NCBI GenBank assembly: GCA_002269645.1
Contig: NIVC01001623.1
Coordinates: 62,001 to 126,000, forward strand
DNA: 64,000 bases
Direction: 5' to 3'
Source: Macrostomum lignano
Lineage: Eukaryota
Part shown: positions 25,580-38,330 of the stretch, piece after piece
Layout: every line of letters begins with the position of its first letter
How positions within the stretch are numbered: the first letter of the stretch is position 1
Notes under the pieces: generated by a model
Seen by the model: only the letters and a program-made list of their open reading frames with translations
Database searches by the model: none
Told to the model about the DNA's origin: nothing
Position numbers and translations under genes: made by a program

Positions 25580-25833
25580 TAAGAATAGCAATAGTTGATT
25601 ACACCTGCCACAATGGACAGATGGGCAACCTACAGCTCACCGCAGCGATTGCTGGGGGTCGCCTAAGTCGTCGCTAATGCTGGGCACCCCTTTTACAGCT
25701 AGATGAACTGAAACAATGCAGAGTTAATTGTGTCTTGCTCAAGGACACAAATTGTTCCGGGTGGGTCAGGAATCGAATCCCCGACCTTTCAGTCCTGAGT
25801 CCGACGCTCTAACCATGAGGCTACAACCCCTGA
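25580..25833 (-). mobile_element. Second copy of the tRNA/CORE-like SINE
   Basis: Reverse complement matches 9475-9770 (A/B boxes, CORE-like block, ggcaggtgtaatca end). An 11-bp direct repeat acaacccctga at 25569-25579 and 25823-25833 may be the TSD. Confidence 0.85.
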
Positions 25834-26220
25834 GCAACACGGATGCGCACGCACTCACACGATCATAATCGAACCCAGAGTCCGACATGTTGCCGCTCTG
25901 CTACACAACAGTTAACTTGCTCCCAGTGCAAAGAGCTTCATGAGTTGCTTTGATTGGTGCTTCACAAAAATCAACAATCTTCTGCTTTAAAACCCAACTG
26001 CTTTAAAACACGTGGGCAATTTCCTGGCTCTGAAACGGACCCGAAGAACTGCTGCGGAAGCAACGCAAGATTACAGACTCAAATTCTGCGCAATAGAAAT
26101 AGCCAACCACAGAGCATTGAGTTGCCACTGGCCAGCGCCGCACCTGCAGATCATCTCTATTATAAAGCGAGATTTTGGCCAAGTACTGTTTTTGGCCCGA
26201 AAATTTGCTGGTTCCGCCAG

Positions 26221-27775
26221 ATGCTGAACATCGGCTTCATCACACTTTTACATCTGCTGCTGCTGCTGCAGCCCAACCTCCTCTCGGCCTCATCGGCCCA
26301 GCCCAGCTGCGCTGCCAGTCGGCACCGGCTGCTGCCGGCCCGCGGTCTCTGCTGCTCAAACGCCTCGGCCGCCCACCTCCCGGCCAGGCAGGCCGTCAGC
26401 GCGGCTGCCTGCGCCCTCCTCTGCGGCGTCGAGGCCGCCTGCGCGGTCGCCGAGTTCGACAGCGGAGCCGCCGTGTGCCGAATGGGCACCGCCTGCGACC
26501 TGCGCAGCCTCTGGACTGCATCTGGTGGCGGCAGCTGCAGCACCTGGGTGGCGGCGGATCGGCCCGGCTGCCCGGATACCACTCTGGCTGCGGCTGACAG
26601 TGCCGACAACACCGATCCCACCGCAGCTGGAACAGCGACAACTATCACAACAACGCCGACAACCACAACAACGCCGACAACTACCACAACAACACCGACA
26701 ACTACCACAACAACGCCGACAACTACCACAACAACACCGACAACTACCACAACAACACCGACAACTACCACAACAACACCGACAACTACACCGACAACTA
26801 CAGCAACTACCACAACACCGACAACTACCACTCCGACAACAACACTTCAAACTATCACGCCAACCGCGGAAGTGACGCTTTGTAAGCACAGCCTGTTTAC
26901 TCTTTTTAACCCCGAACAATGTTCAAGCCGCTGTTGCAGCGCTGTCAGAGAATTGCAGTCGTTCATTTCGCAATGCCTCCCCGACAGCCGCAGGCAGCTC
27001 GTCTCCCCAGAGCTACTCGCCACCCGTGCCCGGCGCCTGCTACCGAATCCGAGCGTGGGGCGCCCGCGGCGGCTCGAACTCCGGCGCGAACCCCGGCGGT
27101 AACGGCGCCCACAAGGAGGCGACCTTCGTGCTCAGCGGCGCGCAGCTGACGGTGGTCGTCGGGGAAGCCGGCAGCGACGCGACTGCAAGCGATAATGGGG
27201 CCGGCGGTGGCGGCGGGAGTTTTGTCTACGAGTCCACGTCACTGCTGCTGGCGGCCGGCGGAGGCGGCGGAGCCGCTGAGTCATCAGCGGGAGTCGATGG
27301 CGCCGTCGGTCAGAACGGCAGCGCCTCAGCGTCGGCCGACAACTACCGCGGCAGCGGCGGAACGGCTGGGAGCGGCGCTCCGGCGGCTTCGGCGACTTGC
27401 TGCGGTGGCTCGGGTGGCGGTGGCGCCGGCTGGCTGTCGAACGGCGGGTCTCAGAGCGGAGGCACCAGTGGCGACGGCGGCGTCTCCCGCATCGGTGGCT
27501 GGGGTGGCGGCACGTCGACCGGCAACGCCGGGAGCGGCGGTTATGGAGGCGGCGGCGGAGGGGGCAAGAAGTCAGGCGGCTCATCCGGAGGCGGCGGCGG
27601 TGGCGGCGGCTACTCGGGCGGCGGTGCGAGCGGCAACGGCATGGAAGGCGGCGGCGGTGGTGGCAGCTTCGTGGCTGTCGGCGCCACCGCAGTGCAGGGC
27701 TCGGCGGGGGGCAACAGCCAGGCCGCCGGGCGGGTCAGCATCCAGCTGATCGGGGCGGCATCGGCCTGCGTGTGA
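26221..27775 (+). CDS. Secreted protein, ~498 aa: signal peptide + PAN/apple-like domain + Thr-rich linker + ALK/LTK-type glycine-rich domain; exons 26221-26881, 26940-27775
   Basis: Signal MLNIGFITLLHLLLLLQPNLLSASSA; CALLCGVEAACAVAEFDSGAAVCRM; (PTTTTT)n; 58-nt GTAAGC..CAG phase-1 intron; YRIRAWGARGG, LTVVVGEAG, GGGGGSFV, LLLAAGGGGG, GGYSGG. Confidence 0.85.
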
Positions 27776-28469
27776 GCCGCAGGCGCAGAAGGCACCTGGC
27801 TTGCATGTACGCTCGTATTTGATTCATCAACCGCTTATTTAAGCGACCTGACTGTTTACTGTAAATGAACACCTTCTGGGTCGATCTCTTTTGTTTTTCC
27901 TCTAATCCAGCCGCAGCCACAGAGCAGCCTCGTAAGATAAAAATGCTGTATGCAATTGGGACTTGGAGGCAGGAGAATTCCCACTGACGCACCCGGATGC
28001 GGACGTACGTGTTCTCACAGGGTGTACAACAGGCCGGACTTTCGCACCCACAGGCATTTACAATCTCTGCCCATCCAAGTCTAAAATCCCCCACGGAATC
28101 GAAGCAGAGACTGCTCAAGAACCAGACGCCAACTCCATAGTTTGCTCTGCTGCTACAAAAAATTCTTGGAATTTTCATGAAAATAGGCATGAATATGAAA
28201 GAGAGCAGTCAATGTGTAGTTACCAATGGTTGCGGCTGCGCTGTGAAACATCTTACTCTTTTAATGTACATGTTGTACCGCGGGCAACAGATCTACTGCA
28301 AAGTGAAATATTTTTCTAATTTGAATTTTTCTATGAAACTGGTGAGCTCGATTTGAATGAAAATTTTATTGCCTATAAAGAACATTATTTTAGTATTGTA
28401 ATAACTTTATGAAAAATAAATATGCGCATCTGTACTTTCCTGCATACTCTCTTACTTTTGAACCCAAGC

Positions 28470-29210
28470 CACAAGTCCCACCTGGCTGAGTACCATGCAG
28501 CCGGAACTGAAGTCCCACCTGGCTGAGTATCAGCCGGCACTGAAGTCCCACCTGGCTGAGTACCAGCCAGCACTGAAGTCCCACCTGGCTGAGTACCAGC
28601 CAGCACTGAAGTCCCACCTGGCTGAGTACCAGCCGGCACTGAAGTCCCACCTGGCTGAGTACCAGCCGGCACTGAAGTCCCACCTGGCTGAGTACCAGCC
28701 GGCACTGAAGTCCCACCTGGCTGAGTACCAGCCAGCACTGAAGTCCCACCTGGCTGAGTACCAGCCGGCACTGAAGTCCCACCTGGCTGAGTACCAGCCG
28801 GCACTGAAGTCCCACCTGGCTGAGTACCAGCCAGCACTGAAGTCCCACCTGGCTGAGTACCAGCCGGCACTGAAGTCCCACCTGGCTGAGTACCAGCCGG
28901 CACTGAAGTCCCACCTGGCTGAGTACCAGCCAGCACTGAGGTCCCACCTGGCTGAGTACCAGCCGGAACTGAAGTCCCACCTGGCTGAGTACCAGCCGGC
29001 ACTGAAGTCCCACCTGGCTGAGTACCAGCCAGCACTGAGGTCCCACCTGGCTGAGTACCAGCCGGAACTGAAGTCCCACCTGGCTGAGTACCAGCCGGAA
29101 CTGAAGTCCCACCTGGCTGAGTACCAGCCGGAACTGAAGTCCCACCTGGCTGAGTACCAGCCGGAACTGAAGTCCCACCTGGCTGAGTACCAGCCGGCAC
29201 TGAAGTCCCA
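28470..29210. repeat. 33-bp minisatellite (ctggctgagtaccagccggcactgaagtcccac), ~22 copies
   Basis: Direct reading; open in three frames. Confidence 0.96.
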
Positions 29211-30673
29211 CCATCAAAGATAGCATCGGAGAATATAAAGTGAAAAAGTGGCACGAATTCAAACAGCTTCCAATAATTATTTCTACAACGAAAAACAATT
29301 TTTTTCGGCGGATAAAGAGACGATCCGCATCTTTAAAATAAAGATGTGCATTTGTAAGCTGCGAGTTGATAAAGCGATCGCTGGGAGATGCAAGCGGATA
29401 CCAAATTGTTATAATAAACTTATAAAAGTATTTACAGCAGCCAGACGGCAAACTGAGACATGTATAAATAACCACAGCAATTGTGCCTCTCTAACACAAC
29501 TAGGCGGGTATAAAACAACATGCAAACTAAATCAGCAGCACAAACGCACATACTACTCACCACTAATAGTCTACTTTGCAAACAGTAGCGTATTCAGCGC
29601 AGTAAAATAATAGCCGAATAAGGCTGCAAAATGTAACAGAAAAGTGTAGCATGACGCAATGATAAAATGAAAACATGGAGCAATAAAACCAAAATGCAGT
29701 ACAACTCTGATTTCAGGTAGCAACTAACAGAAGCGCTGGCCTATAATGAAGGGGAGCAGCTGGAGCGAAAATGAACTGCATGTTTAAATATAAGCTGAAA
29801 TTATTGCAGGCACACAGGGCAGCCAGACCCTCCTTCCACGGACCCGTGGGCTGAATAATACATTAACTAGATTGAACAGCTAGTTAATGACCTAGTCACT
29901 TGCGCCACCCCAGAGTGGTGGCAGGTAACACAGGTCGACTTTGAAACGACGAACTTTTTTCGCGGCTCTTTTACGATTCTGCAGCTCGGGCGATGCGCTC
30001 GCGACTCAACAGCCGCCTCTCCGTCGCATTACAATCGTTTGAGTCGTTAAAAAGTCACAAGAGTCGCCCCCAAGACGAATGTTTAGCAGTTCTTGTCAAG
30101 GTAACGTTTTTAACGGGCATGTGACTACTCATAGGACAGCAGTATAATTTGAATATTATTAGCTTAAATTATCTATCTGCCAATAGGGTCGAGACACGAG
30201 TCACATTTTAACTTTGTGTAGTAGGGCATTATTTTAGGAACGGGAATTATTGTGGGTTCAAATATGCTTTTTGCCTACTATCAGTAGTTTTAACCCGGGG
30301 AAATAATTAGAGTGGGGTAAATCGCTAGTTTTGGGGTTTCTCTAGAACTACAGAGCAGTTTGGCTCTCGGAAAAGTATCCTCGTTGCGATCCATTGCGAT
30401 CTAACTTAGAAAATTCACGAAAGGAAGCGGTAAGAAGGGGAAAAAAATGGAATATAATTTAGGCTTGCACAGAGGAGTCTTGCCTCTAAATCTATAACTG
30501 GGAGTCTTGCCCAACGCACAATAACGGGAAAACTTAAATAGGGAGTTAATGTAACGATACTTTGTACCGTAACAATTAATTTACTTCTTTATTAAACTTG
30601 TGTTAACTAAATTTATCGGTGTCCTGACTCAGTTCTTTAAACCTAAAGCTAGAATTAGGGAACAGCAGGAACC

Positions 30674-30684
30674 TGGTGGCAGCG
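30674..30684 (+). mobile_element. Possible LTR-retrotransposon primer binding site TGGTGGCAGCG (tRNA-Leu-like); the upstream ~550 bp could be an LTR remnant
   Basis: 11-nt match to a common Gypsy PBS. No gag/pol ORF or second LTR was found. Confidence 0.3.
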
Positions 30685-31473
30685 AACTACCAAAAGTCTC
30701 AAACCAGTAGGAAGTAAATCCACTAGTAAAATACTTAGCAATAGAAACCAGTAGCCTAAACCGCAGGTACCACGACTAGTCCATTTGCAAGTCACCCCAT
30801 TCTCTCATTCAGTTTTAAGAACGCTTATGCAAAAAATCTTTTGCCATTCTTTTTCATGTCAACAGGCCAGAGTTGATGAAGTTCCAGGGCTTCATTTGGA
30901 GTTTCCATCAACTGGCTTCCCATTTGACAACCTTCAAGTCCTGCGGCTGGAGAAAGCCTACACCTGTCGATGGCTCCGAGGAAATTCAAAATTTTTAAGT
31001 GGATTTAGTATGAAGCAACCAAAAATACTTTGCACCACTCACAACTGGTCCTAAAAGTGCACAAGTAAATTAGTGAAGTGACCGGACAGCCAAGCCATAT
31101 ATTAAGAGACCCCCGGTGAGAAATTGCCAACATACTCGTAATTCCAACAAATTCTTCCCCAGGAAATTCTTTCACATCCCAACGCGGCAGGGCAAAGCTG
31201 ATAACACCGATCCCCCGAACCGATAAGGACCCCGCGCCTCCACCGAGGAGAACTTAGGCCAGAATATTGCAAAGCCCGACCCCCCCCCCCCTTAAGCTTC
31301 ATTTTCATACAGGATGAGGCTGGCCACAGCTACACGACAAGACAGAGTAGAATTTTCCTAATGTTATCATGCAGAGGTCGGCCTTATCATGTATGAACAG
31401 GAGGGTCTCAGAGGAGTTGACACTCCAGGCCCTGGTTCAACATCTCGTGCACTGCCTGCCCGGTCCCACACCG

Positions 31474-32070
31474 CTACTTCTCGCCCTCGTCCTCCTCCTC
31501 GTCGTCATCCTCGGCGGCGGCCCGCGCCCTGGCCAGCAGCACCGCCTGGAACTCATTGTAGTGCTGCCGGCGCAGCTCGTCAAAGCGCCTGCGGTGCTCC
31601 CGCTCCGCCTCCGTCAGCTCCGAGTCGTCAGCGTCGGCGTCGTGATTGACGTCGGAGGAGCCGCAGGCTTCAAGCTCGTCGGCGGCGGCGGTCTCCTCCA
31701 GCCGCTGGGCCAGCATGTCCGGCTGCACAGCGTCGCTGAAGCTGGCCCGGCGCCGCTGGTCCTTGCTGGGCCCCGGCTCCGCCTCCGCGGCCTCCGCATC
31801 GCTGCCCGACGCCCCCGAGGACGCTTCGTAGGGCGTCGGGGCCTCGTCGATTTTCATGTGGCCGTAGTCTTTGTCGACCGGATGGTACGTGCGCAGGATG
31901 TTCATCTCGTCCCACTGGAACAGCTTGCGGCCCTCGGCGTCTGTCGGGCAGCTTGGCTGCGCTGCGGCAGCCTCTCTGTCTGGCGGCTGGTGGAAGCTGG
32001 AGCCGCCTGTGCAGTCAAAGCTGGCGCGGTGCTTGAGAATGCCCTTCCGGGGCTGGCTGGAGTGCGCCAT
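31474..32070 (-). CDS. PPP1R2: Protein phosphatase 1 inhibitor 2 (IPP-2), intronless, 198 aa
   Basis: KGILK (SILK-type) motif, [41 protein letters not shown] (HYNE helix), acidic tail. Confidence 0.95.
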   Translation of the reverse strand: MAHSSQPRKGILKHRASFDCTGGSSFHQPPDREAAAAQPSCPTDAEGRKLFQWDEMNILRTYHPVDKDYGHMKIDEAPTPYEASSGASGSDAEAAEAEPGPSKDQRRRASFSDAVQPDMLAQRLEETAAADELEACGSSDVNHDADADDSELTEAEREHRRRFDELRRQHYNEFQAVLLARARAAAEDDDEEEDEGEK

Positions 32071-33555
32071 GGCTGCAGGAGTGGAGAAGAAGGCAATGGC
32101 AGATTGAAACTTTCAATGCAAAACAGTAGAACTAGACAAATAAAAAAGTAGAAAATACACAATAGAATATGAAGATTATAAAATGGTAATAGATAAGTCG
32201 ATAAAAATAAATTGCAATCAAATATAGCAAGATGATACAAGGCAGTAAAGTTTTATTTGAATATTGAAACAATTGCCATTTGGTATCAATCTATATACTA
32301 TGGACTATAGAGATTATAGCAAAATAGTGTTATGAGTAACTGAACTTATATTTATATTATATACTAAGTTACTAGTTTTAAAACTATATCCTTTAATATA
32401 CTTTAATCATAATAGATTGGGTCTTTTCTTATTTACGATAACTAAAAAAATCAAGTTTAGGTTGATTAGAATATATGTTAGATTATCTATCAGAATATTA
32501 TAGGTCTTTCAGAAAATACTATCAAAAAGGCTATTATTAGGTCTAAAAATCATAGATGCCATGAGTTCTTCTAAGACAAATCCTATTGCAAACTAATTGC
32601 ATTCTTATCTGTCTTTTTATGGCATAGGAGAGAAGAAGACCATTGAACATCAAATCAAATTTTGCCTTTAATTCAATAAGATGTAGTATAAATTTGGTCA
32701 TTCTTAGCAAAAGGAGAAACTGACTATCCTAGAAACATCTATGATCTTTTTGCCTTCATCTAAAATACTAGCCAGATAAGCATATCCTATGTTAATTCTA
32801 TGAACTTACAAACTACTTACAAGGGCTAGGTATACCAAGGTTAAACCTAGATTTCTTTTACTTTACGGTTATAATAATAATAAGTTTATGATAATTAAAA
32901 GGGATACATTAGAACACAAAGCATATAAGCAGACTAAGACTAAGCTAAGGATTTCTGATCTAAAGTCTAATGGATATTTTATGTTAATTTATTATTTAGA
33001 AAGTGATTTAGTCCATAGTTAGGATCATGGCATAATCCTAGAATCTATAGTTCGGACCATGCTAAGTTCATGCTAGCATATAACAATAGATCAAAAGGCC
33101 AAATTTCATCTAGCCAATGCTAATGTTTAAGCCATTGCAACACAATAAGACATTTTTGTATTTTTTATAGGTATGCCTGCACATGTTGTAACATGGTACT
33201 AATATATACAAAAATGCCATGACATGCATAGTAGACACTGACAACTATAGATTTTCTCCATTTGCATGCTGTGCACACTGCATTGAGGTTTTAGAATATA
33301 CACTTAGAAAATTTTGGTATACACTAACTATATTTTCCAAAGTATAGCCTAGACTATATTTAGAAACCAAAAAAATTTCTGTCTCAATGTCCTAATTCCT
33401 AAAACTCAAAATCTATACAAAATGCTTTAGAGTAGTAGTCCCAATTTCTAACCTAAGGTCTGGTTCAATCATATAGTCATTATTATCCAGATTCATATTG
33501 CAGTATTGGCCAATGAATAGACAATGTGGTTTGGCTCTAGCATGCTGATCAACTA

Positions 33556-34804
33556 TTGGGTTGTAACAAAAGTTCTGAGCATTTTTGTACTCAAACTTTG
33601 AATTCATTTTTCTAGTCTCATAACAGTTTCTATTCTAGGATATAATCACCATCCTGATCAATGACCTATTGCCATCTGGCGATAAGATCATGGATGCTCT
33701 TCTTAAAGAACTTAGGTGGCAATGACTTGAAGTATTGCTCAAGCCAGGCTTTCACCTCCTCTTCATCTCTTAATGTCATGCCATTTATGTGGTTTGGCAT
33801 TGAGCGGAACAGGAGGTAGTCTGATAATACAAGATTAGGCGAGTATATAGGGTGGGGCATGACTTTTCAGCCCAGCTTAAGCAACTTCTGTGGTGTCTTC
33901 TTTGCCATGTAAGGTCAGGCATTGTTGCAAAGAAATTGAATTTTTGTGCCAATGCCCTGCTGCTTGACAATTGCCTAGTGCAGTTTATCTAGCTGCTCAC
34001 AATAGACATTGGCAGTGATGTTGGTGTTACAAGGCAGAAGCTCCCAGTGGACAATTCCAATGGAATTCTACCAGACACACAGTATGACCTTCTTTTGGTA
34101 TAGATCAGGTTTGGGCATTGGTTGTGGCTGATCCCCCATGCCAAGCCACTGATGTTTGCGTGTGATGTTAAAATAAGCTACCCACATCTCATCTCCAGTC
34201 ACCAGGGTATTAAGCCATCCTAGGTTGCAACAATAGGATAGGAGTTGGGTGCATGTGATGATGCATTGATCCTTGTTCTTACATGAAAGTTCGTGCAAAA
34301 CCCATTGACCAAGCTTATGCACCTTGCCAAGTTGATGAAGGGTGCGGTCAATGGTCATGGCAAAGACCTTAAAGTACTCTGCCATTTCACATATTGTGAG
34401 ATGTGGCTAAGCTTCGACAAGCAAGGCAAGCTGCTAGATATCAAGCTCAGGTGGGTGACCAGAGTGCTCATTGTCTTTGAGGGATTCATCACCCTTCTTG
34501 AAATGCACAAACCAGGCATGGCAGCGTTGCTTGCTTAGATAGTCCTTGTCATATGCCTGACACAACTTGCAATACACCTCAACTGCTGAGTCGCCCAGCT
34601 TGAAGCAGAAAAGTAAAGATGCTCAAATAAGGTAGTTGATTGTGTTGTTATATAGCCATTGTAGTTACAGGTTGAGCTTATCTATATGGATACGGTAGTG
34701 CACACTGGTCACTCTTATATACCCCCATAGAACATTCTAGAAATTTCTTTAGAGAAAGTTCTAGAAGTTTAAAGAAAATGCTCAAAACTTTTATGATAAT
34801 CCAA
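33556..34804 (-). mobile_element. Full-length (1249 bp) but inactivated mariner element; transposase pseudogene at ~33630-34650
   Basis: ~28-bp imperfect TIRs (ttgggttgtaacaaaagttctgagcatt / ttggattatcataaaagttttgagcatt) with TA flanks. Motifs WVLHEL (WVPHEL), VTGDE, YSPNLVLSDY (YSPDLAPSDY). Several premature stops. Confidence 0.93.
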
Positions 34805-36767
34805 TACTTTGATGCTCCTTTTTCTACAAGTTATCTATGACCTAGTCTTATCTAGAAATAACTGATAAGTCTAAACCAATCCATTGGATAAGTGAGTCAT
34901 GAGTAAGGGCCTATCATTTAATTGCACACTTCAATGTGTTATCATGCACATTTTTTAGCAAAAATAGCCTAGATAGCCAGATAATATACTTATAGGCCTA
35001 TCTTTAAATTTTATTTCTAGCAATGTGAACCACACTTCCCATTCCTAATCCTAAGGCCTAGACCTAACATTGTCTGTTACTATAGTAAGTGCATGATATA
35101 TTTAAGTTCAGTGTTAGTGTTACTTTAAATTTTGAGGGAGTCAATTGATAAGAAAATATTAACATTAAGTAGTAAACAAAAACCAAAAAAATATAAAGCA
35201 CATAATAACCCTATCTATGACCACAGAGTTCTGTGTCTATGAAATAAGTCTGCTTATTTTTAACTTTTATTGTTCATTTCATACATTGATTCTTGTCTTC
35301 TTGATTGTGATTGTGACAATGTCAAAGGAGTCAATGCGATTTTGAATCAGCAGGATTTGAAAAGACTAACAGTATATAGCAGCAGTGAATAGATGACTAA
35401 TTAACTTTCATTTTTCATGAATCATGATCCAACTTAAGAACAATTTTCTTTTTGGACTTTATAGTATTCTCAGTCAAGAGCTCAACACGTCTATTTTCTT
35501 TATGTTCAAAAACAAAGGCCAACTCAAAAAAAGTTATACAAAATATAACTGCAAAATATATACATTATGACCTGCCGAAAATTAAAAGCGTTTTTTGCTG
35601 CTTTTGGCTTAGTTTTGGTGTAGGCCTATCATAAAACGTAGGTTGTCTGAGGCGCTCGTTATAATTGTCGAAGTATTATGTCACAAATTTAATTTTATTA
35701 AAATTGACGAAAAAAATTGTTGTAGTTAGTAGGCAGCAAGTTGATGTACATACACCTCTTTATTTTCTTAGGCCTCCTATGAGTTTCAGGCGTTTCAGGC
35801 ATATGTTTCAGGCATATGTTACTGTAGCATTTTTTAAAACCCTGTCCTTATTTAATTTAGAAATCGACCATCTATTCATTTAATTTATTCATTAATTAAA
35901 AACACCTCTACAGCCAAGATCTCTACAGCCTGTAAAATCAATGCACTTTGTCTTTATGCTATTTGCTTTATATCAAGTTTTAATTTTTAGCAAATGTGAT
36001 TTTAATGATTTTATAGCCTAGGCCTACTCCATACCATAGTTTTTTTTACTTAGAGATCTTTTATAGGTTTTTATATTTTTATAGGTAGGGCCTAGGCCTA
36101 GAGATTATATCATATTCATATGTATTATATTTATTGTTATATACTGACTAGGCTATTATTGTGGGTGATGGTCATTTCGTCAACTGGCGTTTCGTCAACT
36201 CAGTTGACGAAGTGACCAAAGTGTTGGGGCGACTTTACTTGTAGTTGACGAAGTGACCAATGCCTAGGTCCTTCCAATTTGCTTTTTGACAAAGTGACTA
36301 AAATTTTCATTATATGAATGATATACGTATGTAGCTGATACAGCTGCATATCTTGTATAGCTTACAATTATTGCTATATCGATGACTTGTTTTATTAATT
36401 GCCTTATTTTTAAAAACGAACAAATTCTGCAATACCAGACTGTATGTCCATTAGGTTAAATGTTTCGATGCAAATATTCTATGCAAATGCGTCACCCCAT
36501 GCGCACTCATACCCATATGCGTCTGGGCATTAATGAAAATTGAGTATTTGTGTGTTATGCGACCATACATGCGACTACATAACATGGGTTCTTCTATCAA
36601 AACGTGTCGAGGACTGCTATAAAGTCCCCTATATATGGAGTCGTGAAAATTGGTGGACTGCGTGCGCCTAATTCCCACCCCTCCACCCCGCTGTGCACAG
36701 TCAACCGAAGCCCCCGCAGCGAATCTTGATATCCGGTAACGCTCTTGATCGGAGTATATAATTACGC

Positions 36768-37796
36768 CAAGGACTTCTAGACTAACAGGATGTAAAACTC
36801 AAAGATCGTGCAATTTTTTGGAGGCCACGATTTCCTGGAAAAAATACACTGCGAAGATAGGAAAAAATCTGTTTTTCGTCACAAAATCTGTGATTGTATT
36901 TGATCTGGGGCAGTGAAGACTACCATTCTTTTAATTTACCATGCACAACATGTTACTCTATTATATTTTCATATAGCTGTGTAGTGAAGTTTTCATTTTC
37001 ATATTGTTTTCACTTTATTTCATAAGCCCAAAGTTGCAAACTCACAAGTGGCATTAGCCAAACTTTTTGTGTTGTTCTTTTTAAAATAAAGTATAAAAAC
37101 ATTGCAAGTAGGTACTCTTAGTCTTAAGCTATTATTGTAGGTTTAGTAACTATACTAATTCCTAGGCCTACTAGAACTAGACCTATCACTACACTATCTA
37201 GCCTAATAAGTAATTAAATTTAAACAATGATTTTTTTATTATATATAGATTACCAATACATAGTTTCATATGGTTGGTTACCTAGGCTTGAGAAAGCTGT
37301 ATTATCAGTTTTTAAGCCAAGCCTATATTTAAGACTAAGATTTAAGAAGAATAGACTTAATCACAAAAATAGGCCCTAACCATTTTTACTAGGTATCTAT
37401 AAGAAAAAACATTGATTAGTCCTTTTATAATTTTTATTTTAAAGGCTAAAAATATTATTATATTACAAATTTGAATAGCTTTTCTTTTCTTGAATTTGAT
37501 ATTTGGCTAATGCCACTTGTGAGTTTGCAACTTTGGGCTTATGAAATAAAGTGAAAACAATATGAAAATTAAAACTTCATTACATAGCTATATGAAAATA
37601 TAATAGAGTAACATGTTGTGCATGGTAAATTAAAAGAATGGTAGGCTTCACTGCCCCAGATCAAATACAATCACAGATTTTGTGACGAAAAACAGATTTT
37701 TTCCTATCTTCGCAGTGTATTTTTTCCAGGAAATCGTGGCCTCCAAAAAATTGCACGATCTTTGAGTTTTACGTCCTGTTAGTCTAGAAGTCCTTG
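36768..37796. mobile_element. 1029-bp MITE with ~295-bp near-perfect TIRs and 8-bp TSD (hAT or P type), nested in the previous element
   Basis: 36768-37062 is the reverse complement of 37502-37796; termini CAAGG; aattacgc at 36760-36767 and 37797-37804. Confidence 0.92.
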
Positions 37797-38149
37797 AATT
37801 ACGCATGATTCACGCGCGCTCATCGATCAATCATGCCGTATAACACTAAAATGTACAATGCACTGTAAGAAGGCACAAGCAGACACGAGCAGACAGACGC
37901 AAAGGCACAGGCAGACGCGCAAACTGATCAGCGATATTGGGTGCAGTACCACAGCGGCGTGCTAGCTCTTGATTCGTGCATTCCTTCTCATGTAGCTGCA
38001 GTTTGGGTGCCCTTAGATTAGAAGAAATTATGTGTAATGTGCCCTCCCATCATTAGCCCCCCCCAACTCTGAAATGTTCCGACACTACTGGCTTGAGCTA
38101 CAGTACATTTACATGGTAGTCTGGGGAGTCCTGCAGTCCGAGGCCAGCT

Positions 38150-38330
38150 TAATGTACAGCTGACCGCTAGAGGGCAGCGTTGTTCCAGGCAAGGCGGTGA
38201 TCGAGACCGTCCTGCTGTATACTGTCAAGACCTGGACGCTGATGAAGTCGCTCGAGCAACAAGTTGACGCGGCGCACGCTGGCCTGCTGCGCGCCGCCTT
38301 CAAGATCGCCTACGCGAGTGACCAACACGG
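38150..38330 (+). mobile_element. Fragment of a non-LTR (RTE/L2-like) retrotransposon, C-terminal to the RT domain
   Basis: VIETVLLYTVKTWTLMKSLEQQVDAAHAGLLRAAFKIAY resembles the 'ESVLLYGSETWTL...LLR' motif of such LINEs. Confidence 0.7.
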
